In this document: positions 53,901 through 62,917 of the stretch, piece after piece
Layout: every line of letters begins with the position of its first letter
Position numbering within the stretch: position 1 is the first letter of the stretch
From: Scyliorhinus canicula
Lineage: Eukaryota
Direction of reading: 5' to 3'
DNA length: 64,000 nt
Assembly (NCBI RefSeq): GCF_902713615.1
Contig: NC_052157.1
Span: 113,291,524-113,355,523, forward strand
Translations under genes and position numbers: made by a program
The notes under the pieces: model-generated
Database searches by the model: none
The model's input: only the letters and a program-made list of their open reading frames with translations
What the model was told of the DNA's origin: nothing

Positions 53901-56900
53901 GGGCTGGCGATGAGTTGGCTGGCGATGAGTTGGGCTGGCGATGAGTCAGCGGCGATGAGTTGTCCTAGACCCCTCTGGCGCCTGGATGTGGGGATGCTGG
54001 CGGAGGAGGAGGTGTGTAAGAGGGTCCGAAAAAGCATTGAGGGGTATCTGGATACCAATGATACAGGGGAGGTCCAGGTGGGGATGGTCTGGGAGGCTCT
54101 GAAAGCAGTGATCCGGGGGGAGCTGATCTCCATCCGGGCCCACAGGGAAAGGAGGGAGAGGAGGGAGGGAGAGACTGGTGGGAGAGCTTCTGGAGGTGGA
54201 CAGGAGATATGCGGAGGCACCGGAGGAAGGGTTGCTGGGAGAACGGCGCAGGTTGCAGGCCAATTTTGACTTGTTGACGACCAGAAAGGCAGAGACACAG
54301 TGGAGGAGGGCGCAGTATAGGAGTATGGAGAGAAGGCGAGCAGGATGTTGGCGCATCAGCTCCGTAGGCGAGATACGGCTAGGGAAGTTGGTGGAGTGAA
54401 GGATGGGGGTGGAAATGTAGTGCAGAAGGGGACAGAAGTAAACGGGGTCTTTAGGGACTTTTACGAGGGATTATACCGGTCGGAACCTCCGAGGGGGAGA
54501 GAGGGGATGGAGAGCTTCATGAACAGGCTATGTTTCCCAATGGTTCAAGAGAGGCTGGTAGAGGGGCTGGGGGCGCCGATAGAGTTGGAGGAACTAGTCA
54601 GGGGGATCAGGCAAATGCAGTCAGGTAAGGCCACAGGGCCGGACGGGTTCCCGGCAGAATTTTACAAAAAATATGCGGACCTGGTGGGTCCCCTGCTGGT
54701 GCGAACTTTCAATGAGGCGTGGGAGGGGGGGGGCTTTGCCACCGACGATGTCGCGGGCACTGATCTCTTTGATCCTAAAACGGGATAAGGACCCCTTGCA
54801 GTGCGGATCATATAGGCCGATCTCGCTCCTTAACGTAGACGCTAAGTTGCTGGCGAAGATCCTGGCTACCAGGATAGAGGATTGTGTGCCAGAGGTAATT
54901 CATGAAGATCAGACAGGATTTGTCAAGGGGCGGCAGCTCAATACGAATGTGCGGAGACTGCTCAATGTTATCATGATGCCGGCAGTGGAGGGGGAGGCGG
55001 AGATAGTGGTGGCGCTGGACGCAGAGAAAGCGTTTGATAGAGTTGAGTGGGGGTACCTGTGGGAGGTGCTGGAGAGGTTTGGATTTGGGGAGGGATTCAT
55101 CAAATGGGTGAGGCTGCTTTACGTGGTGTCGATGGCGAGTGTAGCCACAAATGGAAGGAGAACGGAGTATTTTAGGCTTTATCGTGGGACCAGGCAGGGG
55201 TGTCCCCTGTCCCCCCTGCTCTTTGCACTGGCGATTGAACCGCTGGCCATGGCGTTGAGGGAGTCAGGGAAGTGGAGAGGTCTGGTGCGGGGTGGGGAGA
55301 AGCACCGGGTATCTCTGTATGCGGACGACCTGCTGTTATATGTGGCGGACCCAGAGGGGGGAATGCCAGGGGTGATGGAGCTGTTAGCGGAATTTGGGGG
55401 CTTCTCGGGCTATAAGCTAAACTTAGGAAAGAGCGAGGTATTTGTAGTGCACCCGGGAGATCAGGAGGAGGGAATTGGGAGGCTCCCCTTCAGGAGGGCA
55501 GTGAAGAGTTTCAGGTACCTGGGGGTGCAGGTGGCCAGGAGTTGGGGGGGCTCTTCACAAGCTTAACTTCGCCAGACTAGTGGAACAGATGGAGGAGGAA
55601 TTTAAAAGGTGGGACATGGTGCCGCTATCGCTGGCGGGCAGAGTGCAATCCGTCAAAATGACGGTTCTCCCGAGGTTCTTGTTCCTCTTCCAGTGCTTGC
55701 CCATCTTTATCCCTAGGGCCTTTTTTAAAAGGGTGACCAGCAGTATCATGGGATTTGTTTGGGCGCATGGCACCCCGAGGGTGAAGAGGGTCTTCTTGGA
55801 GCGGAGTAGAGATGGGGGGGGCTGGCATTGCCCAACCTCTCGGCCTCTCGGGGTACTACTGGGCGGCCAACGTGTCGATGGTGCGTAAGTGGGTGATGGA
55901 GGGGGAGGGGGCAGCATGGAAACAGATGGAGAGAGCGTCCAGTGGGGATACAAGCCTGGGGGCCCTGGTAACAGCGCCGTGGCCGCTCCCTCCCACGAGG
56001 TATACCACGAGTCCGGTGGTGGCGGCTACCCTCAAGATTTAGGGGCAGTGGAGGCGACATTGGGGAGAAGTGGGGGGCTTGATGGAGGCTCCGTTAAGGG
56101 GGAACCATAGGTTCGTCCCGGGGAACATGGATGGGGGATTTCGGGGATGGTATAGAGCGGGGATTAGACAACTGAGGGACCTGTTTATCGACGGAAGGTT
56201 TGCGAGCCTGGGGGAGTTGGAGGAGAAATTTGGGCTCCCGCCGGGAAACATGTTTAGATATCTGCAGGTAAAGGCATTTGCTAGACGGCAGGTGGAGGGA
56301 TTCCCTGCGCTCCCCACGAGGAGGGTGAGTGACAGGGTGCTCTCAGGGGTCTGGGTCGGGGAGGGGAAGATATCCGATATCTACAAGGTTATGCAGGAGG
56401 TGGAAGAGGCGTCAGTAGAGGAGCTGAGAACGAAGTGGGAGGGGGAACTGGGGGAACAGATCGAAGACGGGACATGGGCTGATGCCCTGGAGGGGGTAAA
56501 TTCTTCCTCCTCGTGTGCGCGGCTTAGCCTCATCCAATTCAAGGTGCTGCATAGGGCCCACATGACTGGGACGAGGATGAGTAGGTTCTTTGGGGGTGAA
56601 GATAGGTGTGTCAGGTGCTCGGGGAGTCCAGCAAACCATGCCCATGTGTTCTGGGCATGCCCGGCATTGGAGGAGTTCTGGAAGGGGGTGGCGAGGACGG
56701 TGTCAAGGGTGGTGGGATCCAGGGTCAAGCCAGGATGGGGACTCGCGATCTTTGGGGTTGGGGTAGAGCCGGGAGTGCAGGAGGCGAAAGAGGCCGGTGT
56801 GCTGGCCTTTGCGCCCCTAGTAGCCCGGCGAAGGATTTTGCTACAGTGGAAGGACGCGAGGCCCCCAAGCGTGGAGACCTGGATCAATGACATGGCGGGC

Positions 56901-59900
56901 TTCATTAAGCTTGAGAAGGTTAAATTCGCCCTGAGAGGATCGGTGCAAGGGTTCTTTAAACGGCAACCTTTCCTCGACTTTCTGGTTCAACGATAGGGTA
57001 CTGGGACAGTAGCAGCAGCAACCCGGGGGGGTGGGGGACGTTGATTATGTTTGCTTATTTTATTTAAATTTGATTTATTTAATTTTAATTTATGGTTAAG
57101 TTCTCTTGTTGGGGTGGGGGGGGGGGGGATACATGTGATGTTACGGTATGGGGGGAATTGTGGGTGTTATGGGGCTGTTAGTTGCATATTACTGCTTGTT
57201 GCTATACTTGTTATATTTTTATATTTTCTGTAAAAAAATTCCAATAAAAATTATTTTTTTTAAAAAAAGGTTTCTTCTAACATATTCCTTCAAACTACCT
57301 TTGGTCTTTTTTGTGTTCACACTCAATCCATATATTAAACTTCTAGATTTTACTTGATTTACGATATTTTGCACAGTATCTGAGGAACACCTGTTTCCCC
57401 AAACAGGAATCATTTGGAAATGGAATCCTTCACTATTTTGAGTAATACATTCTTTTCAACTTCCATTTTATATATTGTAGCCACCTGGGTTGGCCACTTT
57501 CTCACACAAAATGGAAGAACACAAAGATTGCAGGGTAAAATGGACATTGGCAAAGAAACCAGCAGTCTGCAGAATCCCCTGTATTCTAGCTGCCACAGAA
57601 ACCCGACAGAATTGTAACTAACAAGCTGTGCATATTAATGAAGCGATTTACGGTGATTCCCAGGCACAATGGACACAACAGTTAAACATTCAATGGAAGG
57701 CCAGACATTCCGGCGCCAGTAGTCTAAGACAAAGGACACCAATAAGGTGTAAGGAACCGCCCGGTGATCGAGGGACAGCCCCGTTTTTGGGCAAATTCAA
57801 ATCAATCGATTGGGAAGAGACCAAATTGATTGCAGGTTTATAGAGGGTCCGCCCTGAAGGATACGAAGCCCCAGGGACCTATAAAAGTCAGGTCCCAGAA
57901 CTGATTCGCTCTCTTAGCCGGCCCTCCCAGCAGAACATCTTAGAGGCTCTCGAAGAACCTTGAGAAGGAGGGGCCTGGCCAACAGCAGCCGCCATCAAGT
58001 AAGTGTCATACAACGCACGCTACGAGAGTAGACACTCCTGACCCCTTTAGTCCACACCGACTGGAAGCCTGCGGATCCAGGACAAAGCAAGAGGCCATTG
58101 TTCCCTGATCCGGCAGTTCCCTTATTCCAGATAAGTATTGGCCTGTTAGTGGTAGGATTAGCCTAGTCTTGTAGTTTTATATGCATAATTAGTAGATAAC
58201 TGTATTATAATAAGTGTCTTGTTTGAACTTACTAACTGGTGTATTGAGTTATTGGTCTGAACATGAACTTGAAACTTGTGGCGGTATTTTAACGATACCT
58301 GGCGACTCTAGAGCTAAGGAACGAAACAGAGCCAAATTGAGTGTACAGCACGCTCACCCAGAACGAGCAACAATATCATGGATGATTTAGCCCTTGTCTA
58401 CCACACAAATTTTCCCGTCTTTATGAAAACTTGTGTAAATTCAATTCAATATATCCGCCATATCGTCATAGTTTTGTTATGCTCTTGATGTAGCATAAGC
58501 TGCTTCCTTGATGTGCACTCTGACAAAGGAAGGTTCAGACTTGGAGATAGCTTTAGCACATTTATTAAACTGTTAACGATTCCCCTACTTGGATTTGACT
58601 CTCCTGTCAATCCTGCTATAGCTACTCAGACTATCTAACCAGTCTGCTACAATCCACGTGGTGGGTGTGATGTGTTTCAATCAACCCTGTGTACTCACTA
58701 AGTGGCTCCACTGGAAAGAGGAAGATCATGTGTGCTGTGTCCTTATATATGGGTTGGTGTAATGCCCCCTGTGGTAGTGTCACCTCTATTTGTGTTGTGA
58801 ATGCCCATTGGTCATGTCCTAGCTTACTGACCTATTGGTTGAATGTGTGTGTGAGATGTCTCTGGTGCTCCCTCTAGTATCTATCTAATCTACATGTATT
58901 TACATTAACCCCTTGTGTATTTACAGTGATGCATATCACCACAATCATTATCTGTAACAGTTCCATGCAAATCATTCTTTAGTCGACCTTTGCATTCTTT
59001 GAACTTCATGCTATTAAAACAGTTGCAAAAAGTTGTGTTCCACTTGGACTGCTGTGCACATGGTTTTTCTATTTCTCTCATTTCAATTATCTTCGCTATA
59101 TATTTCTGCTGCTTTGAAAGTTCCTTCCAACGCCAACCATCATCACTTTACTCTCAATATTGCAAGATTTCAATTGTTAAACAGAGGATATTTCTTCTCT
59201 CCCCACACTGTAGCAACTTTCAATACATTCCATTTACCTCTCGTTTTTATTTTTTCCGGATAGATCATGCAAAATCTGTCAATGATTCTTATCAGTTAAC
59301 CGTAATGCTACGAGAAGAGAACTTAGTCTTGTTCAGAGTTATTCATGGGTTTGTTTGCATGTAATGAAGGAGCTAGATGTGGACTTCCAGAATGGTACCT
59401 CACTTACGATTGAAAGTGCACTTTAACCACGTTCTCTTTGAATGGCTCAGACTGGCAATGAGAGTCTCATTGTAACCTTAGCAAGGTTGGGCAGCAGTAC
59501 ATAAAAATCCAGAGGCCAGGTTCCCTGGCAAGGCCTATGAGGGCTCCTCTTCAGCAAAGAGCTGGTTTTCCCTATTTCGCAAGGTGAATTTGACCTTCTG
59601 ATCTTTTCCTGGATTGATGTTAGTTTGCAAGAAACTGTCCACACAGAATGGATGCATTTATGGAAATGCAAAGTCCCGTCAGAAAGGAAGGCAGTGAGGA
59701 GGAAGAGAAGGCAGTGGCAGGGATGCACTCCTGTTATTCTTGGGAATAATCTGGTAAAAGCTCAGCCTCCCTACATTGCTCTCAGAGAATTGTATAATGA
59801 GCATGAAAAGCATGCCAGAACTCCAGGTTAACTCATAACTTGCAGATCATAACGGTAATAACTCATCTGGAAGGCAAGGCGCAATGGGGGATCTTCACAA

Positions 59901-62725
59901 TGTAATCTTAAATCATAGAAACCATAATGTGGCAACGTCCTTTTGGAAATTTGAAAGACCTGTTAAGATGAGCAAATTCACAAGATGCCCAAGGACAAGA
60001 CTTGTTCTGTAAGCAGCTAATGCCCCCCACCCCACTCCACAACTGCTGCATCCAATTGTTTCTTAAATGATTCCAGTGGAATTATATTTGCTACTAGGCC
60101 TGGAGGTTCATTCCAAGTGCTGATCATACTGTGAGTGAAAAACAATTACCTGGTATTTTACGATCACTGTTCAATTTAAAGCAGTCTTCTGAATAAACAA
60201 TTCGCGTTTAGTTGGCCCTTACTAACCGTAGGTGTTTATCATCCTGCATGCTCAGCATTATCTTTTAAAGGTCTTTCACGGAAATGGTTATGAACATCTG
60301 CCTCCAATCTACTCAGTCTCCTCAACTGGGTTCAAGAATAATAGGACACTGGACATTCTTGCTGATTTGTTTACATTGTTTACAATCCTGCACATTTTCT
60401 TTTAAAAATGTACAGGATAGGTTAATTGACCACGGATTGGCAATTTAGCCCCTTAATTCCTGTACCAGCCTCCCCGGACAGGCGCCGGAATGTGGCGACT
60501 AGGGGCTTTTCACAGTAACTTCATTGAAGCCTACTCGTGACAATAAGCGATTTTCATTTCATTTCATTAATTGGAAAATAAATTGAGTATTCTAAACTTA
60601 TAATAAGTTCACCTAGAACTCAACAGCTGGAATTGCTCCAAGTACAGCCAAAGTTTGGAACAAGATATGCAAATGAACATTTGAACTTCAGGTGGACAGA
60701 ACAGAAATATTCCAGTCATCACTGAAAGATAGTAACAACACTGATGATGATGGTGTGCAAGTCTGTTGTGCAACCTCCACAACAAAAAGCAAAGAGTACA
60801 ACAGCCACAGCTAATTGGGGCTATGTCAATGATACAACATACATGCTTGCCTCAAAATTTACAAAACTATGTCAAGTACCTGAAATTGCAAGTGAAACAT
60901 TTAGTTCCACCAGCTTGTCCCTACATATGCTTCTATTCCTGATTATTCTGCAATGTCATTCGATTTGCTTCTTACCTTCTTCCACAGGTTGCTCTTTGTC
61001 TACACTGTCCATCTTAACTGGAGTAGAAGCATCTGATCTTTGTACTTCCTCCTCTCTGTGGATGAACATCAAAATAATTTATTCCTCCTCAATTCAAGAA
61101 ACCAATACTTAAGATTTTGCTTTGCAGCATAATAACTTCCCTTCCTGCAAGGTACAGTTCATAGAGGTTACAGTGCAGAAGGAGTTCAAAAGGTGCCAGA
61201 TGCCTTCTGGCATTGCACCAAAATAATCACTTTCCTTCATGAAGGCTACACGAGCCAAATTCTGCCCTCTCCTAACAAGTGGTGTTTTCCAACTGGGGTC
61301 ACTGAACTAGCTGTGATGAGCCTCTGATTGAGTTTCTCTCCCAGGACAGAGATAATTTGCAACAACCATTTGCATTGGTCCAACAACAATTATCTTGGCA
61401 GAGGATTGATCCTAGGAACTGCTATATATATATGGATGAATCACATAGATCTTTGTTGACTGAGCAGCATGGGGAACAACTGGAGAATTTTGTCAGTCTA
61501 ATCCAACAGTCAAATACGAAATATGTAAAAGTCAGTGCCTGACTGGTACAATGAGCTGAAGTGGGCGCAAAAATATTATGGTACTGTAGTTATGATACTG
61601 GACTAGCAAGAGTCCATGTTCAAGTGGGCAGCACGGTAGCATTGTAGATAGCACAATTGCTTCACAGCTCCAGGGTCCCAGGTTCGATTCCGGCTTGGGT
61701 CACTGTCTGTGCGGAATCTGCACATCCTCCCAGTGTGTGCGTGGGTTTCCTCCGGGTGCTCCGGTTTCCTCCCACAGTACAAAGATGTGCAGGTTAGGTG
61801 GACTGGCCATGATAAATTGCCCTTAGTGTCCAAAATTGCCCTTAATGTTGGGTGGGGTTGCTGGGTTATGGGGATAGGGTGGAGGTGTTGACCTTGGGTA
61901 GGGTGCTCTTTCCAGGAGCCGGTGCAGACTCGATGGGCCTCCTTCTGCACTGTAAATTCTATGAAAAAAAAGGTTCCACTCTGGCAGGATGTGAAATTAA
62001 ATTAGCCAAATTTGCTAACGCGGATTAGCATAGGCCAACAAACCATGAAATCTGTAAAATTAAACTAACTGATTCATGAACAACGCTCCCTCTAAGCTGC
62101 ATGGTCACGCAACACCCACAAAAGTTCCCTTGTGGACTGTACAAAGGTTGGCCCCTTTAAGTTGCTGTGCGTGTGCAATCATGAATGAATGATGGCCTAA
62201 GATCCACCATTACATTCTCAGGGCAACTAAGAATAGGCAATATATGCAGCCTTGTTTTACCCACAACTCAACAAGAGCATTTTTGAATTTACATCAGTTA
62301 CACAGCTTAGCAGAGTGGAATACAATACTGATCATAAACATCTTTGCAATTAGGGGGTTAATTAATGGTAGGACTTGTTGGGGAGGGAGGTGGTATTTGC
62401 ACTATGTTTATATTTTCATGTACATTGTTTATATTGCTGCTGTTACAATGCCAAAAAATACCTTAATAAAATGTTTATTAACAAAAACATCTTTGCAACT
62501 ATATCACTGATTCTCAACAATGAAGTATTACCAGGAGTGGATGCTTGTGCTAGTTCAACAGGTACATGTGGATAATTCAATGACATTTACTTCAGTCAGG
62601 CACATTTTCAGGACCACAGCTAGTTACCTTATTTTCTTGCCTTGTCTCTCAGGTGTTTGAGAACGTGAAGATGCTGGGCTAGAGAGCGGGGATGCATTCC
62701 GTACAGAGGGATAATTCTTAAAACT
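8041..62725 (-). CDS. POM121: POM121 nuclear pore membrane protein, 3' part of spliced CDS (9 exons, 893 aa; 5' exons outside window)
   Basis: The spliced exons translate in one continuous frame (2682 nt including stop). Motifs match human POM121 as recalled: [20 protein letters not shown]; [18 protein letters not shown]; [16 protein letters not shown]; [11 protein letters not shown]; FG-rich domain; C-terminal FSIGAGS...[14 protein letters not shown]. Confidence 0.93.
8658..8964 (+). mobile_element. HE1-like V-SINE, long form with CR1-type tail
   Basis: tRNA-like head, V-core TGTGGAGTTTGCAC..GGGTTTCCTCCGGGTGCTCCGG, tail ..CTTCTGTACT..TTCTATGA. Confidence 0.88.
9599..9724 (-). CDS. POM121: POM121 penultimate exon (126 nt): [19 protein letters not shown]...
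   Basis: Acceptor tttcctgttcttccag, donor TTG|gtgaga. Phase 1-1, FG motifs. Confidence 0.92.
10115..10712. mobile_element. Old GC-rich MITE-like element (GGGC...CCC degenerate TIRs, possibly PIF/Harbinger-like)
   Basis: Ends GGGCATGATTTA and TAGGTCGCACCC; internal palindrome AGATCG...CGATCT; abrupt GC shift relative to the flanks. Confidence 0.45.
11610..12200 (+). mobile_element. Penelope-like terminal-repeat remnant; related pieces at about 1935-2140, 17550-17710 and 47941-48135
   Basis: Shared motif CTCTCTCCACAGATGCTG(C/T)CAGACCTG..CAGCAT..TTT, present partly as inverted pairs. Family assignment is from recall of shark repeats, not a search. Confidence 0.5.
11936..12155 (-). mobile_element. 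HE1-like SINE, short form, inserted in a Penelope-like remnant
   Basis: Head, core and A-rich tail; approximately 14-bp TSD TCAGACCT(G/C)AGATT. Confidence 0.88.
13112..13351 (-). mobile_element. HE1-like SINE, long form
   Basis: V-core and CR1-type tail in reverse orientation. Confidence 0.85.
15645..15867 (-). mobile_element. HE1-like SINE, short form
   Basis: Full head GGGCAGCACGGTGGC, B-box GGTTCGATCC; degenerate TSD GCAT(T/C)GACTACTT. Confidence 0.9.
16563..16601 (-). CDS. POM121: POM121 39-nt FG microexon: [13 protein letters not shown]
   Basis: Strong acceptor cttttttttccactag and consensus donor CTG|gtaagt. Phase 1-1; encodes two NFG motifs. Confidence 0.75.
18307..18530 (+). mobile_element. 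HE1-like SINE, short form
   Basis: TSD AAGAAATAGGTTAAA(G) at 18292 and 18531; A-rich tail. Confidence 0.92.
18725..18915 (-). mobile_element. HE1-like SINE, short form, 5'-truncated
   Basis: V-core and short tail. Confidence 0.8.
19970..20243 (-). mobile_element. HE1-like SINE, long form
   Basis: Head, V-core, CR1-type tail. Confidence 0.8.
20584..22407 (-). CDS. POM121: POM121 large S/T-rich FG-repeat exon (1824 nt)
   Basis: Lies within ORF 20576..22450. Acceptor ttctttcccttcccag, donor GAG|gtgagt. Many FG, FxFG and FKPVFG motifs. Confidence 0.95.
22990..24310 (-). mobile_element. Highly decayed CR1 fragment interrupted by SINEs (23715-24150)
   Basis: Residual GVPQGLVL in ORF 24147..24446, [11 protein letters not shown] and a CR1-like 3' end near 22990. 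Boundaries approximate. Confidence 0.6.
23715..23968 (-). mobile_element. HE1-like SINE, long form, 5'-truncated, abutting an opposite-strand SINE of a second family (23970-24150)
   Basis: CATAGAACATAGAATTTACAGTGCAGAAGG tail in reverse orientation; V-core. Confidence 0.85.
24836..25062 (-). mobile_element. HE1-like SINE, short form
   Basis: Head, core and tail; TSD ACGACAA(C/T)TTTT. Confidence 0.85.
25546..25720 (-). mobile_element. HE1-like SINE, short form, inside a LINE 3'-end remnant (about 25470-25785)
   Basis: Flanked by repeated AGAAAAATACTTTT; the host remnant ends ..CATGTGGCAATAAATAAATCAATCAA. Confidence 0.8.
25963..26265 (-). mobile_element. CR1 3'-end fragment
   Basis: AGAACAAAGAACAAAATAGCACAGGAACAGGC tail in reverse orientation, followed by CR1 terminal ORF-like sequence. 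Confidence 0.7.
26474..29360 (-). mobile_element. Second tRNA-derived SINE family (about 185 bp) split by the CR1 insertion; related copies at 23970-24150, 60453-60568 and 11434-11609
   Basis: Joining 29360-29221 to 26514-26474 restores GGGCTGGTTTAGCACACTGG..GGTTCAATTCC..GGAATGTGGCGACTAGGGGCTTTTCACAGTAACTTCATTGAAGC..GTGACAATAAG, matching the uninterrupted 3' copy at 60453-60568. Confidence 0.8.
26519..29220 (+). mobile_element. Young CR1-clade LINE, 5'-truncated, with ORF2 (APE + RT) uninterrupted to the stop at 29120
   Basis: Motifs [52 protein letters not shown] and LRGDLIE. (CTATGTT)n tail. Short AAGT duplication where it splits a SINE. Confidence 0.96.
29603..31006 (-). mobile_element. 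Older degenerate CR1 LINE (3' half of ORF2 plus 3' UTR)
   Basis: Fragment ORFs with [29 protein letters not shown] and [15 protein letters not shown]; short-repeat tail near 29605. Confidence 0.9.
31636..31827 (-). CDS. POM121: POM121 exon (192 nt) containing [11 protein letters not shown]
   Basis: Acceptor tttcttgctgtcaacag, donor CAG|gtgtgt. Phase 1-1; lies within ORF 31628..31840. Confidence 0.88.
42898..45105. mobile_element. Non-autonomous Tc1/mariner-superfamily (Tigger/pogo-like) DNA transposon in the 3' UTR of L1 copy B
   Basis: TA duplication at 42896-42897 and 45106-45107. 23-bp TIRs CAGTAGTCCCCCGTTATACCGCG and CAGTAGTCCCCCTTTATAACGCG (2 mismatches). No transposase. Confidence 0.88.
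43393..44697 (+). repeat. G-rich minisatellite (about 27-30-bp units such as GGGGGGAGAGGAGGGGGGGCGGGTGTT, then GAGAGGGGGCGAGCCGGAGGGTGTGGGGG)
   Basis: Directly visible tandem degenerate units inside the Tigger-like element. Confidence 0.9.
46760..46862 (-). CDS. POM121: POM121 exon (103 nt): [34 protein letters not shown]
   Basis: Acceptor gcctctttcctgcag, donor AAG|gtaagg. Human equivalent recalled as [21 protein letters not shown]. Confidence 0.92.
47668..47878 (+). mobile_element. HE1-like SINE, short form
   Basis: B-box, V-core, short tail. Confidence 0.85.
48460..49800. mobile_element. Decayed CR1 fragments (minus about 48460-49370, plus about 49380-49800)
   Basis: Degenerate similarity to the CR1 ORF2 elsewhere in the window, e.g. 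ATGCTTCAGTTATACAAAGTCCTGGTT and AGATTTACTAAAATGATTCCTGG. Boundaries approximate. Confidence 0.5.
50302..50426 (-). CDS. POM121: POM121 exon (125 nt) with basic NLS-like [19 protein letters not shown]
   Basis: Acceptor ttttctgtttctag, donor CTT|gtgagt. Human equivalent recalled as RKRKVQLLPSRRGEQLTL. Confidence 0.92.
50558..50771 (-). mobile_element. HE1-like SINE, short form
   Basis: V-core, short tail, TSD TTGTG(T/C)ATTTTT. Confidence 0.85.
50800..51153 (-). mobile_element. Older tRNA-derived SINE of a third family
   Basis: Minus-strand head GGTGGCAATGATGTC..GGTTCAAATCCCACC (B-box); body unrelated to HE1. Confidence 0.55.
52581..52772 (+). repeat. 12 perfect tandem copies of AGCCCAACTCATCGCC (3 inverted copies at 53890-53936)
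   Basis: Counted directly. The 16-aa periodicity of the overlapping ORF translation agrees with a 16-nt unit. Confidence 0.95.
53244..53582 (-). mobile_element. HE1-like SINE, long form, nested within the foldback transposon
   Basis: Complete head, core and CR1-type tail; short (C)AGTA duplication. Confidence 0.9.
57476..58372 (+). mobile_element. Solo LTR (897 bp), Gypsy/ERV-type
   Basis: TGTAGC...GCAACA termini, 4-bp TSD ATAT at 57472-57475 and 58373-58376, TATAAAA at 57880. Confidence 0.8.
58475..58943 (-). mobile_element. Probable solo LTR (about 470 bp)
   Basis: TGT...ACA termini; the minus strand has a TATA-like tatataag and an AATAAA. No TSD found. Confidence 0.5.
60976..61055 (-). 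CDS. POM121: POM121 exon (80 nt): [26 protein letters not shown]
   Basis: Acceptor gttcatccacag, donor AAG|gtaaga. Phases 2 and 1 fit both neighbours and complete KKIREEE. Confidence 0.85.
61627..61963 (+). mobile_element. HE1-like SINE, long form
   Basis: Complete head GGGCAGCACGGTAGC, core, and tail ..CTGTAAATTCTATGA. Confidence 0.9.
62350..62484 (+). mobile_element. Extremely 5'-truncated (135 bp) L1-type 3' end
   Basis: 14-bp TSD AAACATCTTTGCAA at 62336-62349 and 62485-62498; G/T-rich UTR, AATAAA, A-rich tail. Confidence 0.75.
62628..62725 (-). CDS. POM121: POM121 exon (98 nt): [33 protein letters not shown]
   Basis: Acceptor tttctttgttaacctgcag, donor AAG|gtaact. [13 protein letters not shown] matches the human motif as recalled. 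Confidence 0.9.
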
Positions 62726-62917
62726 CTGCAGGTTAACAAAGAAATTCAGTCAGCTTTTATCTACAGAGAGGTACACAGCATTAAGCTACTGCACTGAAGA
62801 AAGCATGGAAAAATCCAGCATCAAAGAGTTTAAGACACATATCGACCATCGGCACCAAGTGCTTTTTTAAAAATCTGAAATTTGCTCACACTTCTAGTCA
62901 TGTTTCCATTACACGTT

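Larger units (their letters stand above)
52545..53972. mobile_element. Non-autonomous foldback-type DNA transposon (MULE/Merlin-like termini) inserted in ORF2 of L1 copy C
   Basis: 8-bp TSD CTCTGGCG at 52537-52544 and 53973-53980. Termini GG...CC. Long inverted arms GGACAACTCATCGCC... containing 16-bp tandem repeats. Confidence 0.85.
51607..57267 (+). mobile_element. L1-clade LINE copy C, 5'-truncated in the inter-ORF region (ORF2 51770-56996, frameshifted)
   Basis: 16-bp TSD AGGTTTCTTCTAACAT at 51591-51606 and 57268-57283. EN, RT (YADD) and CCHC motifs; AATAAA and A tail. Confidence 0.95.

Noticed and set aside
33467-56996. Any L1 copy as retrotransposition-competent
   Set aside because: Each has frameshifts plus nested insertions, in-frame stops or deletions beyond the homopolymer-associated changes.
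8615-61950. Many recurring short ORFs such as [23 protein letters not shown] and MWSLHILPV
   Set aside because: These are translations of SINE copies, not a gene family.
8658-61963. tRNA genes suggested by A/B-box motifs (GGTTCGATCC, GGTTCAATTCC)
   Set aside because: All are heads of SINEs followed by core and tail sequence. No clean cloverleaf with a terminator was seen.
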